From the NCBI GenBank assembly GCA_963777425.1, contig CAVZQS010000011.1:702874-766873 (forward strand): DNA of 64,000 bases, written 5' to 3'. The position numbers and the translations under genes are program-made. The number at the start of each line of letters is the position of its first letter. The first letter of the stretch is position 1. The notes under the pieces are model-generated. The model did no database searches and was not told the DNA's origin. It saw only the letters and a list, made by a program, of their open reading frames with translations. This stretch comes from an uncultured Alphaproteobacteria bacterium (GTDB taxonomy: Bacteria; Pseudomonadota; Alphaproteobacteria; Rhizobiales; Rhizobiaceae). Of the stretch, positions 59,629 to 64,000 are shown piece by piece.

Positions 59629-61434
59629 ATGGCCGACATGGCTTTTGAAGAAGCGGAGAGGAAGCGGCGCTCATTGAAGCCGCTGCGCCGCATCTTCCCA
59701 TACATGTCCCGCTACAAGGGTATGATGGCTGGGGCAACGGTTTCACTGATCCTCGCGGCCATGACGACATTGATGCTGCCACTGGCCGTTCGCAGGATGA
59801 TCGATCATGGCTTTACCGGCGCAAACGGCGCCTTCATAAACAACTACTTTGGTATGCTCGTTTTTCTGGCCGCCCTGCTCGCCATCGCTTCCGCCGGCCG
59901 TTATTATTTTGTCATCACACTTGGCGAGCGGATTGTCTCCGATCTACGCCGGGATGTGTTCACCCATCTGACAAGACTTTCGCCAGCGTTCTTCGACAGT
60001 ACGCAATCGGGTGAGATTGTCTCGCGGCTGACGGCGGACACGACGCAGATCAAATCCGCGGTAGGTGCGACCGCATCCGTTGCGCTGCGTAATCTCATTC
60101 TCGCCTTTGGGGCAATAGTGATGATGATTGTCACAAGCCCCAAACTTTCGGGGCTCGTGATCGCGGCCATCCCGTTGATCATCATTCCTTTGGTTGCATT
60201 CGGCCGGTCCGTCCGGCGACGCTCGCGAGCCGCGCAGGACACGCTCGCGAATGCGACGGCCTATGCGAGTGAATCCATCGTCTCGGTGCGCACGCTACAG
60301 GCCTTCACCAATGAAGACTTGGCAACGGGGCGGTTTGCCGCATCGGTCGAGGATGCCTTTCTTGCCGCCCGATCCTCGGTTAAGGCGAGGGCGATCTTGA
60401 CCGCCTTTGCCATCTTCATGATCTTTTCGAGCGTGGTCGCAGTCCTCTGGTTCGGTTCGCGCGATGTTCTTTCCGGCGCGATCACCCCCGGCACGCTCGG
60501 CCAGTTCCTGCTTTATTCAGTGTTTGCAGCGGGCGCGCTGGGCGCGTTGTCAGAGGTGTGGGGTGAACTGAGCCAAGCGTCGGGCGCTGCGGAACGATTG
60601 ATGGAGATACTTGCCGAAGTACCTGCCATTACCGCACCGGCCAATCCCCATGCGTTGCCTCAACCGCCGATTGGCTCCGTCCATTTCGAGGATGTGCGCT
60701 TCAACTACCCGACACGCCCCGATGCACCCGCCTTGAAAGGTCTCGATTTCATCGTTCAACCCGGCAAGACGGTCGCGATTGTCGGACCATCCGGTGCTGG
60801 CAAGAGCACTGTTTTTTCGCTGCTGTTGCGCTATTACGATCCGGTCTCCGGCTGCGTTCGGGTGGACGGAGTTGACCTTCGCCAGACCGATCCCTCGGAT
60901 GTTCGGTCACGCATCGCCATCGTTCCGCAGGATACGACGATCTTTGCCGCCAGTGTTCGTGACAACATTAGCTTTGGTCGACCGGGCGCCAATGATGCCG
61001 ACATCGAAGCTGCAGCCAAAGCCGCGCTCGCGCATGACTTCATTATGGCTCTCGATCATGGTTATGACACGCAGGTCGGCGAGCGTGGTGTCACATTGTC
61101 CGGGGGACAGCGTCAGCGTATCGCCATCGCTCGCGCAATTCTGCGCGATGCACCAATCCTGCTGCTTGATGAGGCAACCTCTGCGCTCGACGCCGAAAGT
61201 GAGATGCTGGTGCAAATGGCGCTGGATCATTTGATGCAGGGCAGGACCACCCTGGTAATAGCCCATCGTCTTGCGACGGTGCTCCGCGCCGACCGCATTC
61301 TTGTCATGGAGCGTGGCCGTATCGCCGAAGAGGGCACACACCAGACGCTGGTCAAGAAGGACGGGATTTACGCTAGCCTTGCCAAACTACAATTTGAAGC
61401 AGGTGCCAATGCTTTCAAAGGGGCAGCCGAATAA
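59629..61434 (+). CDS. ABC exporter, fused permease/ATPase (MsbA-like)
   Basis: TM domain, GPSGAGKST, LSGGQRQR, LLLDEATSALD. Confidence 0.94.
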   Translation: MADMAFEEAERKRRSLKPLRRIFPYMSRYKGMMAGATVSLILAAMTTLMLPLAVRRMIDHGFTGANGAFINNYFGMLVFLAALLAIASAGRYYFVITLGERIVSDLRRDVFTHLTRLSPAFFDSTQSGEIVSRLTADTTQIKSAVGATASVALRNLILAFGAIVMMIVTSPKLSGLVIAAIPLIIIPLVAFGRSVRRRSRAAQDTLANATAYASESIVSVRTLQAFTNEDLATGRFAASVEDAFLAARSSVKARAILTAFAIFMIFSSVVAVLWFGSRDVLSGAITPGTLGQFLLYSVFAAGALGALSEVWGELSQASGAAERLMEILAEVPAITAPANPHALPQPPIGSVHFEDVRFNYPTRPDAPALKGLDFIVQPGKTVAIVGPSGAGKSTVFSLLLRYYDPVSGCVRVDGVDLRQTDPSDVRSRIAIVPQDTTIFAASVRDNISFGRPGANDADIEAAAKAALAHDFIMALDHGYDTQVGERGVTLSGGQRQRIAIARAILRDAPILLLDEATSALDAESEMLVQMALDHLMQGRTTLVIAHRLATVLRADRILVMERGRIAEEGTHQTLVKKDGIYASLAKLQFEAGANAFKGAAE

Positions 61435-61504
61435 TTCTCTACCCACTCGCATCTCGAATCTTTCAAAGCCTTGGTTCCATTCATAGTCAGGAGAAGTGTC
61501 GGCA

Positions 61505-61855
61505 ATGATTGCGAATGTTCTGACCGGTTTGGTGGCGCTGCTTCACGTCTATTTCATGTATCTGGAAATGATCGCTTGGGATAAACCGCTGGGCCGGAAG
61601 ACCTTCAAGTTGACACCGGAATTCGCTGCCGCCTCCAAAGCACTTGCCATGAATCAGGGGCTGTACAACGGTTTTCTGGTTGCAGGGCTAGTTTGGGGCC
61701 TGTGGCTCGGCGAGGCCGGGTTTGCGGTCAAGGCGTTTTTTCTCGGCTGCGTGATTGTCGCTGGGATATTTGGCGCACTGACAGTCAGCCGGAAGATCCT
61801 GTACGTGCAAGCGCTTCCTGCACTGCTGGCCTTGCTCGCGCTGGTCTACGCTTAA
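61505..61855 (+). CDS. DUF1304-family membrane protein
   Basis: HVYFMYLEM, NQGLYNGFL, VQALPA. Confidence 0.88.
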   Translation: MIANVLTGLVALLHVYFMYLEMIAWDKPLGRKTFKLTPEFAAASKALAMNQGLYNGFLVAGLVWGLWLGEAGFAVKAFFLGCVIVAGIFGALTVSRKILYVQALPALLALLALVYA

Positions 61856-61858
61856 GTA

Positions 61859-62890
61859 TCAGCGCTCCGTCAATTTCAACTCGATGCGGCGGTTGCGGGC
61901 ACGAACTTCCGGCGTGTCGCCAGGTTCGAGCGGCTGGTACTCGCCGAAACCAGCTGCAACGAGACGGTTGGCTGGAACGCCATTTGCGATCAAAAACTTG
62001 ACCACTGAAATGGCGCGCGCCGATGAGAGTTCCCAATTGTCCTCGAATTGGCCGGTTCCAGATAGAGCGACATTATCGGTGTGACCGTCGACACGTAGAA
62101 CCCAGTTGATCTCGTCGGGAATTTCCTTTTGCAAATCGATCAAGGCAACGGCGAGTTTTTTCATTTCCTCCGAACCAGCTTCGTTCAAAATGGCTGTGCC
62201 GGAAGGAAAAAGCACTTCGGACTGGAACACAAAACGATCGCCGACTATGCGGATATTTTCGCGGTCGGAAAGGATTTCGCGCAAACGGCCGAAGAAGTCG
62301 GACCTGTAACGATTAAGTTCCTGCACACGCTGCGCCAAGGCCACATTCAATCGCTTACCGAGGTCGGCAATCTTGGTATTGGATTCCTTGTCTCGTGTTT
62401 CAGAAGCATTGAGAGCCTCTTCAAGGGCGCCGATTTGCTTGCGTAGAGCCATGATCTGCTGGTTCAGAATTTCAACCTGCGAAAGGGCCCGGGCACTGAT
62501 CTGTTTTTCGTTCTCAAGGCCCGTCGAGAGCTCACTGATCTTGCCTTCGGCTGCGGCACCCGCGCCGGCGCCCTGGGACAGCAAGGACTGCAGACGTGAC
62601 TGCTCATTCTGTGCACTTGTGAGTGATGCCTGAAGATTGGCAATCGTATCTTCCAGATCCTGTTTGTTGCCCTGCTCGAGCGACAGGAGCTGCGTGAGTT
62701 CGTTGATCTGCGAGTTAAGGCGATTGAGTACAGCGTCCTTGCCGGTGATTTCCTGACTCAAGAGGAACTGTGCCAGAACGAACACCGACAACAGAAACAT
62801 GATCGACAGCAGCAGGGTCGATAGTGCGTCGACAAAACCTGGCCAGTAATCGACATGACGGATGGCCTTACGGTTGCGAACGAGAGCCAT
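61859..62890 (-). CDS. MotB/OmpA-like peptidoglycan-binding protein with long coiled coil
   Basis: YWPGFVDALS TM motif with Asp, coiled coil, VDGHTD, NWELSSARA, NRRIE. Confidence 0.9.
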   Translation of the reverse strand: MALVRNRKAIRHVDYWPGFVDALSTLLLSIMFLLSVFVLAQFLLSQEITGKDAVLNRLNSQINELTQLLSLEQGNKQDLEDTIANLQASLTSAQNEQSRLQSLLSQGAGAGAAAEGKISELSTGLENEKQISARALSQVEILNQQIMALRKQIGALEEALNASETRDKESNTKIADLGKRLNVALAQRVQELNRYRSDFFGRLREILSDRENIRIVGDRFVFQSEVLFPSGTAILNEAGSEEMKKLAVALIDLQKEIPDEINWVLRVDGHTDNVALSGTGQFEDNWELSSARAISVVKFLIANGVPANRLVAAGFGEYQPLEPGDTPEVRARNRRIELKLTER

Positions 62891-62892
62891 TG

Positions 62893-63915
62893 CTAGTTTG
62901 CCTTGTCACGGGAGATTGCATCTCCCAATTTGGCAAGAGTCTGGCGAATGGACTTCTGCTCATCGGCTTGCTTTTCCACCCAATCACGCATCATTTGCTG
63001 TTCCGAACGCATATTCTTCACAAGGCCCTGAATGCCTTCCGCGAGGCTTGCCAAGGCAGCGGTAGTGCGCTGGCTCGAGCCGCCCGTCTCCTGGATATTC
63101 TGAAGGCGCTCGGACAAGGCCCTCAACTCGTCGGATGTACCAGTGCTGGCAGCGTCAAGCGCATGAAGGTCAGAGCCAAGGTCTGTGACGCTGGACAGCC
63201 AATTTTCCAGCTCTGTGTAGAAACGGTTTTGCGCACGGCCGGCCTGAAGATCGAGAAAGCCTAGGATCAGCGAGCCGGAAAGACCGAAGAGTGACGATGA
63301 AAAGGCCGTTCCCATGCCGCGGAGCGGAGACTGCAAACCAGCCTTCAGCGAGTCGAGCACGCTGTTGGCATCGCCTGCGCGCGGGTCGAGTGACTGGATC
63401 GTCTGACCTATGGAGCCAATGGTTTCCAAAAGGCCCCAAAATGTGCCGAGGAGACCGAGAAATACCAGGAGGCCAATCAGGTATCGCGAGATGTCGCGGG
63501 TTTCGTCCAGACGCGAGGCGATAGAATCAAGCATGGAGCGCATCGCGCTGGTCGAGAGAGCCATTGATTGGCGTCGCCCGATCAGGGCACGCATGGGCGC
63601 AAGCATGATGGGGCGGGCATTGGGATCATTGTTGCCCTGGCGGAACGAATTGACCCAGCGCACTTCCGGAAATAGACGAATGACCTGCCCGAAGCCAAGG
63701 AGAATACCCACCACAAGGACCCCGATGATCAGGCTGTTAAGGCCGGGATTGGTGACGAAAAAGCCGTGAATCTGACGGAAGAGAATCGCGGCCAGAAAAG
63801 CGACGATCGCCAGGAAGATCGCCATGGACAAAAGTACGAACCGTGGGCTGGAGAGCCGGTAAGGATCATAATCATCGCCGTCCATACCCTGGCGGGTCGA
63901 ACTGAAATCAGCCAT
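62893..63915 (-). CDS. MotA/TolQ/ExbB-like membrane protein (non-flagellar)
   Basis: LGLLGTFWGL, GMGTAFSSSLFGL; 2 nt upstream of the MotB-like gene. Confidence 0.88.
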   Translation of the reverse strand: MADFSSTRQGMDGDDYDPYRLSSPRFVLLSMAIFLAIVAFLAAILFRQIHGFFVTNPGLNSLIIGVLVVGILLGFGQVIRLFPEVRWVNSFRQGNNDPNARPIMLAPMRALIGRRQSMALSTSAMRSMLDSIASRLDETRDISRYLIGLLVFLGLLGTFWGLLETIGSIGQTIQSLDPRAGDANSVLDSLKAGLQSPLRGMGTAFSSSLFGLSGSLILGFLDLQAGRAQNRFYTELENWLSSVTDLGSDLHALDAASTGTSDELRALSERLQNIQETGGSSQRTTAALASLAEGIQGLVKNMRSEQQMMRDWVEKQADEQKSIRQTLAKLGDAISRDKAN

Positions 63916-64000
63916 TGCATCGTCTCCGCATCACCCAAATCGGTTTTGCGACCCTAACCGAATTCGTGGTGAGAATGGAAGTGCAATGGGGCAACGGTTG

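Noticed and set aside
61859-63915. Zorya anti-phage system
   Set aside because: No zorC/D/E or other defence genes adjacent; housekeeping context
1-64000. CRISPR array, prophage, integrase, IS transposase, tRNA or rRNA
   Set aside because: No regularly spaced repeats or corresponding motifs seen; the only mobile-like sequence is the 141-bp element

Overview
Alphaproteobacterial (Rhizobiales-type; Phyllobacterium/Mesorhizobium/Brucellaceae-like by gene content, not provable here) chromosome segment. About 1-43.8 kb is accessory-looking and contains: a NarL-type regulator divergent from an all-exported operon (ProX-like SBP, L,D-transpeptidase, lipoprotein, DUF3300, DUF2950, outer-membrane barrel); oxidoreductases; a polyamine-type ABC operon; a sugar-type ABC operon feeding three amide-hydrolase-like enzymes; a ynbA/ynbB/plsC-like lipid operon; a c-di-GMP cluster; and a DNA-repair block (topoisomerase IB, two Ku, LigD). 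In that block three units carry GGAAC-N16/17-C(G/A)TT general-stress (EcfG/RpoE2) promoters, and a 141-bp RPE-like palindromic element lies between ku and ligD. About 44-64 kb is core-like: Pho boxes with pstSCAB-phoU-phoB, MoxR-GNAT-vWA, 6S RNA-ygfA, a TIGR00282 phosphoesterase, TerC, bioY-DUF1284, yebC, an APC permease, rpmE, an ABC exporter and a non-flagellar MotA/MotB-like pair. At least 15 genes are broken, mostly by +1 single-base insertions, which most likely reflects long-read consensus error rather than real pseudogenes. No CRISPR array, tRNA, rRNA, integrase or transposase was seen. All family assignments come from motif recognition by eye; no searches were run.
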